The position numbers and the translations under genes were made by a program. The notes beneath the pieces were generated by a model, which was not told the origin of the DNA, searched no databases, and was given only the letters and a program-made list of their open reading frames with translations. Below, one piece after another: positions 11,936 to 23,400 of a stretch of DNA of 64,000 bases. This DNA comes from Thecamonas trahens ATCC 50062 (lineage: Eukaryota > Protista > Apusomonadida): contig NW_013657632.1 in NCBI RefSeq assembly GCF_000142905.1, forward strand, positions 124,001 through 188,000, given 5' to 3'. How positions within the stretch are numbered: position 1 is the first letter of the stretch; every line of letters begins with the position of its first letter.

Positions 11936-14900
11936 ATGTCTCACGCCTGCATAATGGCCGTCTTTGTGACAGCTTGTCTTGTCCATCTGGTGGCAGCCCA
12001 CCTCGAGTGGGGACCAGCCGTGGAACTCACCGATGTGTTCGGTAGCAACTCGCCAGCCGGCATGGGTCTCCGTGACCATGAGTCGGGGCACTCGTATGTC
12101 GTTGTGGGCCAGAGCGGGAAGATTGCGTCGTCGCTGAAGGCCGTCTCAGGCATGCACAATGCTGAGTTGGCCAAGGCTGAGTTTGTGCCCTTGGCTAGCA
12201 GTGTCGAGTCCATCGTCCGCGTTGCTGCCGGGTCGGCCAACGTCGCTGCGGTTGCAAATATTTTGCCACTCCATGTGGCCGGCTCGCTCGACCACATTTG
12301 CGGGCCCGGGTGCACGGGCAGGCTTCAACTGTTTCCCTTTTCCAAGGACGCCATGGTGCCGTCGCTTCGCCTTCCGGTGGCATCTGCGCCGGCTCAGATC
12401 ACGCTCTCCGCCGAGCTCCTCGTCCAGATTCATTCCGGCAACGTGTCGCACTGGGACGATGACCGGCTGGTGGAGCTCAATGGTGGCGCCGGATCGGCGT
12501 ATGCCACTGCTATCGCCTCGCTCTCTGACGGCACCATTGCAGTCCACTGCACCAGCGCGGCATCGACGGCAATGGAGATCCTCCGCCAGCTTGCTGTTGA
12601 GCTTGGCATCGACTGGAACGACGGCGGCGGATGTACTCGGGTCCACGCCACCTGCCTCCAGGCTGCACAGGCGGTGTTTGTGACGACGGGACGCGGAGCG
12701 ATCGCGCTCGTCTCGCAATCTGAGACGCGGATGCTTCCGCTTTCGAGTGGTGTGGCGCTCATGCCGCACCTCCATGACAACCTCGGATCGGCGGTGGTGT
12801 TCACCGAGGAGGCAGCGACTATGGCGGATCTCGAGAGAATTTCTGTGGTGGCCCCGGAGTCGATGGTATGGGACGGGACGCGGTGGCCGCTGATTGTAGT
12901 GGAGTGGATGGTCATGCTCAAGTCATCGGCGGGCGCGGGAGTGAGCGGAAGTCTTGCAGCGACGGACTGCGCGGCATGGGAGGGCCTTGTGGAGGATCTC
13001 TTCTACGTCACCGACAACCACGGGGTACAGGAACTGCTTCAGGCGACACAGGGACTCGAGTTCGCGTCGTTGACGCAACTGGGCCTGCTGCGGGAGGCGT
13101 CAGTGAGCGCCGAGTGCGGCGGCAAGCGGGCGCTGCAGTCGAACGGCATTGTGTTTGGAGCCGGAGCATCGTTCCCCAAGGCGCTGTATGCGGTGTGGAT
13201 GCTTGCTTTTGGTCTCCAGCATCCTTCGGCGCCCCGGCTCGAGTACTCCGCGGTGGGATCTGGGTCGGGTAAGCGGGCGATTGTGGCAGAGCAGATTGTG
13301 TTTGCCGGTTCTGACTCTGCATTGTCCGATGAGCAGCTACAGGCGCGGGGCGACCTTGTGATGCTCCCATCCGGAGTGGGTGCTGTGGTGACGCCTGTGC
13401 ACATCGAGCTGCTACCCGGGGCTCCGACTGTTCCGCTTGTGCTGTCGCGTGCGGCAGTGGCGGACATATTTATGGGGCGGATCTCGCGGTGGGACGATAG
13501 TGTCATTGCAGGACTCAATCCTGCGCTGGCGGACTACCTGCCGAGCGCGGCAATCACTGTTGTGGTGCGGTCGGACAAGTCTGGGACGACGTCGATTTTC
13601 ACGGCGGCACTAAGCTCGTTCTCACCAACGTGGGCGAGTGACGGCCCGGGCGAGACATCGTACACAGATGCATGGGCGCCGGGGAGCATGGCGCAGGAGG
13701 GCAACACCGGGGTGGCGCTGGCGGTGCTCAACACGGCCAACTCCATCGGGTACGTAGTGCTCGACGTTGCGATCCAGTACGAGATGGACATGCCTCTGCT
13801 GGTGAACAAGGCCGGCAACTTGGTGGCGCCGACGCTCGAGTCGCTGTCCGCGGCTGCGGGCGAGGCAGCATCGGCGAGTGCCAGCAAGCCGGCGCTGCCG
13901 TTTGTCAAATCCGTGGTGGACTCGAAGATTAGCAACGCGTGGCCGATTGCGGGCTTCACATACCTTTTGGTGCCGACGCGGAGCTCGCAGTCGTGCGAGC
14001 AGCTCAAGGCTGTGCTGGAGTACTACAAGTGGACACTGAGCTCTGTGACTGCGGCTATGCTTGCCGAGTCGATTGGGTTTGCGCCGATTTCAGATGCAGG
14101 GCTTCGAAGCGCGATCGAGAAGGTTGTGGACGGCGTGACGTGCGGCGGGATGCGGCTGTTGTCGCCGTGTGGTGTGGGCAAGTACCTTGACGCGAGCAGT
14201 GGTGAGTGCATGTTGTGTGCGAACGGGACATACTCGTCTGCGATGACCGACTTTATGTGTGTGGGATGCGACGCCGGATGGGTTGCGTCGGCGGGCTCTG
14301 GATCGTGCGACATCTGTCCGGTGGACACGTACACGTCTGCGGACGGCGGGCAGTGTCTCGAGTGCCCGGCATTCTCACGTGCTCTCCAGGCCGGATCACA
14401 CTCGATCGCGTCTTGCGCATGTGTGAGCGGGCGGTGGCGATCGCCGGTCGCAGATGCGATGATCGACGAGCTTGGCGAGATTGGAGTAGGGAGGAGCTCG
14501 ATCGAGCTGTGCCTGGCGTGCCCGGCCAACTCGGAGTGTTCTGGCGGCGATGCGCCGCCATCGACGCGGCCCGGCTACTGGGCGAGCGACGATGACGCAT
14601 ACACGGTGCTGCGATGCGAGCCGGCGGAGGTGTGCACGGGTGGCTCGCAGTGTCGGGCGGGTCACACGGGAACGATGTGTGCGACATGCCTAGAGGGATA
14701 CTACACGGTGGACGGTCTGTGTGTCAAGTGTCCACGGCATGTAACTCGGCGGCTTGTTGTGATGGTGATGCTGATGGTAATGATCATGCTGATGCCTGTG
14801 CTCACACCGCAGCACCGGCTGATGACGATGCAGGTTGCGCCGATCACGGCCAACTTTGCACAGGTTCTTGCGGCACTGACGACGCTTCAGCTGCGGTGGC

Positions 14901-17321
14901 ACCCCGGGCTGGCGTTTATGATGCGGATGCTTTCACCTGTGCACTGGATCAACATTGCGGCACCGCCCGAGTGTGCGCTGGAGCAGTCGTTCTATCTGTC
15001 ATGGGGCATTCGTGTGCTGCTCCCGCTCGCGATGTTTGGGCTTGTGCTGCTCGCGCTTTTTGTTGTGCTGGCTGTGCGGTTTGTGGCGCACGTGATGTAT
15101 GTGTGCTCTGCAAGTGTAGTTGCCGGCGGACGGCTGGAGCGTGTACTGCACTGGACATCGTACCGATCACTGCGGCGGAGCTTTTCTGTGATCAGCACTG
15201 CGTCGGCGTGCTCGTTCTTTGTGTTTTCTCGCAGACGCCACTCGAGTACTTTAACTGCTTCAAGGGAGCGGGCGGGCTGTGGTACCTGCAAGCGGACCCA
15301 TCGGAAGTGTGCTATGAGGGTCAGTGGATGCGGTACCTACCGCTTGCAGTGTTTGTTGTCCTGACGCACCTTGTGATGTTCCCTGTGATCATGGGCGTTG
15401 CGCTGTTCCTCGCGCGGAAGGAGCGGCGGCGGGATTCTATCGGGTTCCAGTCGTTCTTTGGATTCCTGTATCTGCGGTACACGCCGCGGTACTGGTGGTG
15501 GGAGTTTGTGGTGCTGATGCGCAAGCTGTCGACGTTTTGTCTGGCGATGTTCCTGTTTACCTCGCCTGTGCTTGCCGCGGCCCTGATCAGCATCGTGCAG
15601 GTTGTGTATCTTGTGGCGCACGTGTCGTACGTGCCGTACATCATGCCTGGGACGAACATGATCGAGGTGTGGCTGTGCGTGACCGTGGTTGTGTTTGCGG
15701 TCTTTGGGGTGTTCTTTGCGCCCGTGTTCGATAGCGAAGGCGCTGTGAAGCGGCGGACGCTGTCTGGGTGTCTCGGGCTTGTGCTTGTCGCGGCGTACCT
15801 GTTCCTGGGAATGATGTTTGTGGTGGAGTCGCTGCGGGCATGGAGCGTGGTGCGGAAGCGGGCGTACCATATTCTCACACGGCCGTGGCGATGGATGCGT
15901 GCCCCAACGGCGCATACGCGGCTGGTGTACCACCGCCACCCGGACCCGCTGATCAACTCGCGCGTTGTGCATGCACGCGAGCTGGCACCGTCGCTGGCGA
16001 CGTATCTAGAGATCCGTGACCCCGAAGCAGTGGCAGACTTTGTCACACCGGGAGATGATATGGATGCGGAGCTGACGGCCAACCTACTGCACGTGAACAA
16101 CTCGCTGCTCAACCTCTTTGACGTCCATGGCTCACTGCCAAGGCCACCTGCTGGGTCAAGCGTGGTGATGACGGATGCCGAGTCGCAGAGGACGCGCATC
16201 ACGACCCGAAGCCCATCGGTCAAGTCGTATCAGACCACATATCGCGGGGCATCAGATGGAGCCTCGGGTGTGGAGATGGACGATGTGATGTCCGATGCCC
16301 AGGCTACCGAGTTGCAAATGTCTGGTCCGTCTTTCGTGGCAGTGTCGACGTCTGACGTGCCCAAGTCGAGCCTAACTCGCTCGCTGCCTGCACCCGAGCG
16401 GCCGCACAACATGCCATCACTTCTGCGACTCATTGATGCTGTAAGTACGTCTGATGCCCGCGGAACGTCAGGAGGCTCATCCACAGACACGGACCTTGTT
16501 TCGCGCCAGATTCAGCGTGTCCACTCGGCTGGCATGACTGCGAGTTATGGCATGGGAGTCGTGACCGATGAGTCGCGCCCGCAGACACCGTTGGCACGTG
16601 GATCACCGACCCGGATTGGTTCAACTGGCGGCGTTCGGGTGTGGTGCAGCGCGGGCGATCGAACATCATGTCGTCTGACAGCCATGCGCAAATTGCGGTG
16701 GCGAGGGTCATCTCGATCGAATACTCGGAGCAGCTGTCATCGTCGACGTCTTCCAGCGGCGAAGTCTCGCCGGGATCTGACATCGCTTTGGTCGAGCGAC
16801 CAAACAAGCCTATCTCGGCGCAAGCCAGGCGTCGGATCTCGTCGGGCGACTTTTCGATGGTCATGACCAATGCCGAGCTGCTGCGGATGAAGGCGCCCAA
16901 GTCGCCTCCGATGACTCCGGGCACTGAGGCTAGGTCCGACATTGGGGCGACCGAGGTGAGATCAGCATCGGGGCGTACTCGTTCGCTCGGCAAGCCGCCA
17001 TCGGGACTGGCAAGTCGGCGGAATACTAGCATTTCAAACATTCTGAAGGCACAGCAGCGGCTTGTCCCCAAGGCCTCGTCTGGAAACTCGACATCATCGG
17101 CCACCGACTCGGGCTCGGACTTGGCCGGCAACGGTGCCGATTCTGTCTCGGTCCCTCGATCGGCGACAGAGTCACAAACACCCGATGCCACACACTCGGA
17201 GCTGCCGCCACAGTCCCGGGTGCAGGAGCCCTCGCAGACACGGACGTCATCATCATCATCATCGTCGTCGTCTTCACTTCTTCTCTCGTCATCGACCTCG
17301 ACCTCGACCTCGTCATTGTAG
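11936..17321 (+). CDS. Putative receptor: signal peptide, two PstS-like phosphate-binding domains, Cys-rich repeats, ~9 TM segments, Ser-rich tail (two frame breaks near 15225 and 16638)
   Basis: PstS motifs GAGASFP, YSAVGSGSG, FAGSD, RSDKSGTTSIFT, GNTGV, SIGYV, NKAG, WPIAGFTY; CxxC repeats; TM-block motif FGFLYLRY...YWWWEFVVLMRK; joins ORFs 11822, 14614 and 16641. Confidence 0.8.
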
Positions 17322-17633
17322 AACAAGATCAAACGCCCCCCCCCCCCCCCCCTCCTTGCCATCTCTTGGCCCGTGTACAACTGGCTCGTGTTAGTGAACC
17401 TTATCTGCAGACTGCGTCGTGGTGCGTGGCTCCCATCATGAAAGCGGATGGCTCGGTTGCGCTGCTGCCAACCGCCAGCGATGTTTGGCAGTCACCGGGA
17501 AGCAGCAGGTAGCAACTCGCCCCACGCCACCTCGCTCACTCTATTCAGCCCACGCCAAGCACACAAACAGGAGCAACAGCGCGTGCAAGGCATAGTAGAG
17601 AGAACGAGAGAGAGAGAGAAAGAGAGGGAGGAC

Positions 17634-20110
17634 ATGGCTGACCTCAGCGCGTACTCGCTCGGGGCGTCGGGGAGTGAGGGCGGAGCAGGGCAAGACGGTG
17701 GCAGAGCAGGTGGAGGTAGAGGTGGGGACAGTGATGGGGAAAGCCAACAGAGCAGCAGCCCAGTGTCTCCAACCAACAGCGGAGTGCTTATGCTGCCACA
17801 TATGCAGTCTGGTCGGAGTGGACGTGTCCGACGTAAGGTCTCGCTCTCCATTCCGGATGTCATCAACATTCTGCTTGCCGACGACGACGGCGACAACGCG
17901 GCCGAGGTGGAGGGCCACATGGCCCGGTGTGGCCACAAGGGCAAGCGGGTGACGGATACCGACGCGACATGGGCGGCTCTCACCGAAGAGAAGAACCGTG
18001 GCTATGTTCGACATGACGTCTTGCTCCTCTCGGCTACCCTCCCGGGCTCGCTTGCCCTCACTGAGCTCCTGGGCATGGTCCGGGCCGAGGCGACGCTTAA
18101 GAACATGCCGGTCATTGTCATGTCGGCCACAGAGGATGCCGACGTGGCGTATCGCTGCCTGCGGGCTGGTGCTGACGACTACTTCCTCAAGCCCATCCGC
18201 GAGTCGATGGTGCGGGGCATCTGGCAAAAGGTGTGGAAGAAGCGCCAGGAGCACACGTTCCTGCAAAAGCTGGAGGAGGAGCAGACGAGGAGGCTTGCCA
18301 TCGAGCAGCAGATGAACTCGCTCAAGGAGCGGGTCGACGAGGCCATCGACACGCCTATCTCTATCATCTCGCGCACCATTTCGGGCCTCATCCAGCAGGA
18401 CAACCTGACCGACGATGTCCGCGCCGCGCTCCGCGACATCCTCTCCAACCTGCGGTCATCCAACCTCTACGAGCCAGCGTTTGAGAAGCTGCTGGACCAG
18501 GGCCAGGTCGACGCCGAGACCAAAAGTGGTTTGCCACCACGTTGCTGCAGCGGAAAGACTCGGACCCATCGCTCTGCACGGCCTCGGTCCGCGACATCAC
18601 CGCACCCAAGGCAGCGGTCTCAAACGAGGATCTCGACTCGGGCTCGGACTTTTCGGGCTCGGTCGAGTTTGTTACCACCGACGACGAGGACAGCAGCAAG
18701 GACAAAGCCTCATACTCGTACTCGGGCGACTCTGGCTCCGGGTCGTCCGCCTCGGGATCGGGCGGCGGCGGCTCGGGCGGCTCGGGTGGCACAAGCGGCG
18801 GCTCGGGCTCAGACTCGGATTCGACGGGCGTTGTCGGCGACTCGGCCGATGGCAAGTTGCCGGCGACCAAGAAAGTGAGTGAGTCGAGTATGGCATCGGT
18901 GGAGGTCTCGTCGCGGCCACGGCGACAGCGCTCGGGTGCGTCGTCCAAGCTCAACCCCAAGTTTGCCAAGAGCGGCAAGTTCAAGGGCGAGACGACACAG
19001 ACAGGTCTTCCGTCATTCCTTTACCAGCCGCATGTTGTCCAGTCGCTGCGGGACTTTACCTTTGACGTGTGGGCTTACAAGGAGGACGAGCTCTGCGATC
19101 TGCTCATCCAAATGTTCTACGACCTCGGCCTCACCGAGCGGTTTGCCATCGACTCGGACCAGCTGGCGGCGTTCATCCACTACGTGGAAGCCAACTACCA
19201 TCACAACCCATACCACAACTTTCGGCATGCGTTTGACGTGACCCAGATGGTGTACTGGTTCCTGGCGTCAGGCGGTGCCGAGCTGTTGACGTACCTGGAC
19301 GTGCTCGCGCTGATGGTGGCGTCGATTTGCCACGATGTCGACCACCCGGGCGTCAACAACAACTTTCACACAAACGTGTCGTCGCCAATGGCGCTCCGCT
19401 ACAACGATGCGTCTGTGCTGGAGAACCATCACGCGTACTTTACGTTTGTCACCCTCTCTCAGCCCGAGTACAACATCGTGAGCGCGCTCTCGCCCGACGA
19501 GTACCGCGACTTTCGGAGAACAGTCATTGACGCCGTCCTGGCCACAGACCTCAAGCTCCATGTCGACATCTTCTCGCGCTTCTCAGCGCTCATCGCCGAC
19601 TACTCGGTAGAGAAGAAGGACCATCGGAGGACGCTCTGCCAGATTCTGCTCAAGTCGGCCGACATCTCTAACCCGGTTCGGCCGTTCCCCATCGCCAAGT
19701 ACTGGTCCGACATGATTGTGGAGGAGTTTTACGACCAGGGCGACCTCGAGAAGCGCATTGGCATTCCTGTTTCTGCCTTTATGGACCGCGAAGTCGGTGG
19801 CCAGGTTCAAATGACGCTCAACTTTACCGACTTTCTTGTCAAGCCGCTCTACTCGGCGCTCTCCTCGCTCCTGCCGAAGGTCTCGCTCTGTCTCGACTCA
19901 CTAGCCTACAACCGCGCACGGTGGGTCGAGATCGGCGACCACGAGTCGGCTGCAGCCGCAGCCGCCGCAGCCGCAGCCGCCGCGGTCGAATCTGACACTA
20001 CCACGCTCGACCGTCAGGCCACGTCGGTGCTCAGCTCGTTATCGAGCGCATCCGGGCTCGACGCAACGAGCTCGACCTCGATGCCCGACCTCTCGCCGGC
20101 ATCGTCATGA
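17634..20110 (+). CDS. Receiver-domain class I cyclic-nucleotide phosphodiesterase (PDE8/RegA-like); frame break near 18523
   Basis: REC fold (ILLADDD...PVIVMS...GADDYFLKP); PDE8-like linker TPISII...ALRDILSNLRSSNLYEP; catalytic motifs YHNFRHAFDV, HDVDHPG, LENHH, ATDL, KSADISNP, EFYDQGD. Confidence 0.9.
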
Positions 20111-20415
20111 CCACTCCCACCCCCACAAAGCAAGCGTGAGCAAGTAGATCGAGCAGCCAACGCCAACAGCTGATCAAAAGCACCATAGCTTCTGGAGGTG
20201 ATGTGACTAGTGGCATGGCCAGCGGTCGCCGTGGCCGGTGGCTTGTCGGAAGGGGCAAACTCACTCGAGTTGACGGAGAGCGGAGGCAATCCATCCTCCA
20301 CCCCCCCCACCCTCAGGCACTCCACTCGGCTTGACCAGAACATATAGGTCGGGCACGGACGGAGAGCAGAGAAAGAGAAAGATAGAGAAAGAGAGAGTAG
20401 CAAGGCAAGAGACGA

Positions 20416-23400
20416 ATGAACCGGGTCTCAACGTCAACGCAACGGGCGACGCCCATGGTACCGGCCATGACTGCGGCGGTGGCGGCGGCGGTGGCGGTGG
20501 CGGCGGCGGCTGGTGACGATTCCACGGCAGCGACAGAGTGGCGGGCGGTGGCGAGAGAGGTTGGCGGGTATGCACAAGTCCAGACGTACAAGGAGAGTAT
20601 CAAGTGGGCCAAGAAGGTGGCAAGCCTTCTTCGCAAGGCTGCGGCTGCCGGGGATGCTCCTGATGGCTGGCCGCAGATGCTCTGTGCGGCGCTTGCGTCG
20701 GCGCAGATGCTGGCCACCTCGTCGACGACCCACGTCGCGGTGTGGCGCGGCATGCTGGCGGTGTTCCCGAGCGACATGGTGGTTGATGCAGTGGCTGCAG
20801 CGGCGCTGCCCATGCTGGCTGATCCGGCACCCAGTGCAGAGATTGCGCCGTCGCCCGGCGCGGCGTCGTGGGCCGTCTCCACCATGATGCGCTCGCTCGC
20901 TCCGCTACCGAAGTGGGAGGCTGAGTTTGGAGAGCTGATGACCAGGCTGAGCGGCAAGGGATCAGGAAGCCTGGGCGTTGTTGCTGCCCGTGGTCGCGCG
21001 GCGCTGGAGGCGGCCTTGGCCGCAGGAAGCGGAGGCGATGCAGTTGCCGCGGCCGATGCGACGAACGATGTCCTGGCCGCACTCGGGCTGGCCGACACTC
21101 TGCGGAGTGCCGGATGTGAGGAGGAAGAAGAGAAGGACATCACGCGGCTTGCACTCGATGTTCTAGCGGCAAGCGACAACTGCCCGGTCCACGCGCTCTT
21201 GGTTGCAGGCAAGCTCTGTCTCACCTCGGTGCTTGCCGAGATCGACGTCTGCGATGCACAGGCCACGGTGTTGGCCCTGCTGGGCACGTTCTGGCCGTCG
21301 GCGGAGAACGAGACGCCTGTGTCGATCCTCCCAGCCGTGGCGCCCGGCGCTGCGCTCTCGGAAAAACCGTTCAGCGTGTGGCCGATCCCGGCGCGCGTTG
21401 CGATGGTCCGGGTGCTCACAACCGACGTTGCACCCGGCGTGCTTGGCGCCGAGCTTGATGACGGGGCGACAAAGACGAATCTGGCCTTTGGCTACCTGCT
21501 CCCCGAAGTTCTAGCTGCTCTAGACGCCGCATACCGCGAGTCGATGCAAGCGACGACGGTGGCAGCGCTGGGCGGTCTTCTTGCGGTGGTGAGCCTCGGG
21601 CGCGAGGCGCGCGAGACGCTTGGCGGACTCAACGTGGCAGCGGTGCGCCAGGTGGTGGAGACTGTGTTTGGTTTATGGTCGTCGGTGGTGCCGGGCGTGT
21701 ACGGACAGGCGCGCGAGACGCTGACGACTGTGCTCGAAGTGGCGGCCATCAAGGCGACGGCCATGCCCGAGTGGGCATGCGAGCACGAGAGCCTTATGGA
21801 CGAGCTCCTTGCTGTAACGAGTGCGCTGCCGTGGATTGGACGTGGCAAGCCCGAGGCGCTGAGTGCGGTGGTGCCGCATGTCGGCATCGACGCAGTGCTT
21901 GCGGCCGAGCCCGAGGCGATGAAGCGGCTGTTTGCGCTGGCGTGCGAGGCCAATGCGCCGTGCGGACCATCGAACGCGTTTGTGGCGCTGGCCAAGGCGC
22001 GTGGAACGAGCGAGGGATGCGAGGCGGCGTGGATGCTCCCGCTTGTGGAAGGGCTGGCCACGACGCCTGCGGCCCGGCGCGACAATGTCATCATGCGCAT
22101 CGTCCGCCCGCTTGTTAACAAGCAACCGCAGGTCCTCGCCCGCATGCTGGCGCTCGCCCAACAGCACGACCGGTACGCCGAAGATTGGGCGGCGGCCGAG
22201 GTTGTGCTCATGTTGGCGTCTGTCGGCCGCAAGCTCAACATGTTCTCGGTGGCCGAGCTCATCGAGCTGGGGCATTTTCCGCGCGAGCTTCTCTTTGACT
22301 TTCTCACCCATGCCGACTCGAGCCAGATCGTGGAGGCACTCTCGCTGGTGTGTGCAACGAGCAAAGTGACGGCGGAGCCGAGCGCGTTTGAGTACGAGGC
22401 TGTGCTTGCGACGCTCCCGGCTGTGGTCAATACACCCGGCGCCAAGTTTGTGGCCGACTACTCGGCAGCGCTGGCTATTTTCGTCAAGCGGAGTCTAAGC
22501 TCTCTACTGAGCGCGACGCGCGAGCTGGCGTCGCTGCTGGCGTTTGCTGGCTCAGCGGAGGCCCCGCCGGGCGTCGGTGTCGAGCAGGCGAGCGCGCTGG
22601 TAGCGCGGGCCCAGGCGGCGATTAGCTTTCTTTGCGGTCTCCTGAAGATGGTGCAGAGCTGCTTCTTCCCGGGCTCATCGCACCACCGCCGCGGACTGGC
22701 AATCAACATTGTCCACGCCCTTCTCGGGCAGTGGTTCACGCGGGACAAGGGTTCGCGGACTCGGGCATTTGACCTGTTTGTTGCATCGTCGGGCAAGCTT
22801 ACCGACGCGGTGGCGAATGGAGGCTCCGCAGCAGCGGTGGCGGTGGTCACAAACTCGGGACTGCTGACCGCGCTGGAGAGCCAGCCGCTGAGCCCGCAAG
22901 CAGTGGTCGACCTCGTGGGTGGACTTGACGACCAGTACGACCGTAACCGCGAGGACATGGCAAGCGTGCTGGAGGCGATCGAGCCCGAGCTGTTTGCGCA
23001 AAGGCGCGAGGTGTACGCACCGCTCTTTACAAAGCTGTATGCTGACGGGTGGCGACGGGTCCTCCTCGCTTCACACCGTGAGACGTCGGCTGGGGCACTC
23101 ACCCTCGGCTTTGTGCTCCGCATTGGAGCGGCGGCGCTGGGGTGGAACGTCCACGCCAATGGCGAGTCGAGCCAGCCGGCCGCGGCGGTCTTTGGCTTTG
23201 TGGAGGCGAGCGTGCTCGTGCTAGAGGAGCATCTCACCCGTGTGGAGGCAAGCTCATGGGAGGCGACGCTTGGTGGCGCGGCACTGCAGGGCCCGCTCTG
23301 CGTGCTCTCTGAGATCATTCGGGTTCTCAGTTCTGGTCCTGGCCGCGGAGGAGGGAGCAGCGCCAGCTTCATGGCCCAGATCGGCCGCGATGACAACTTG

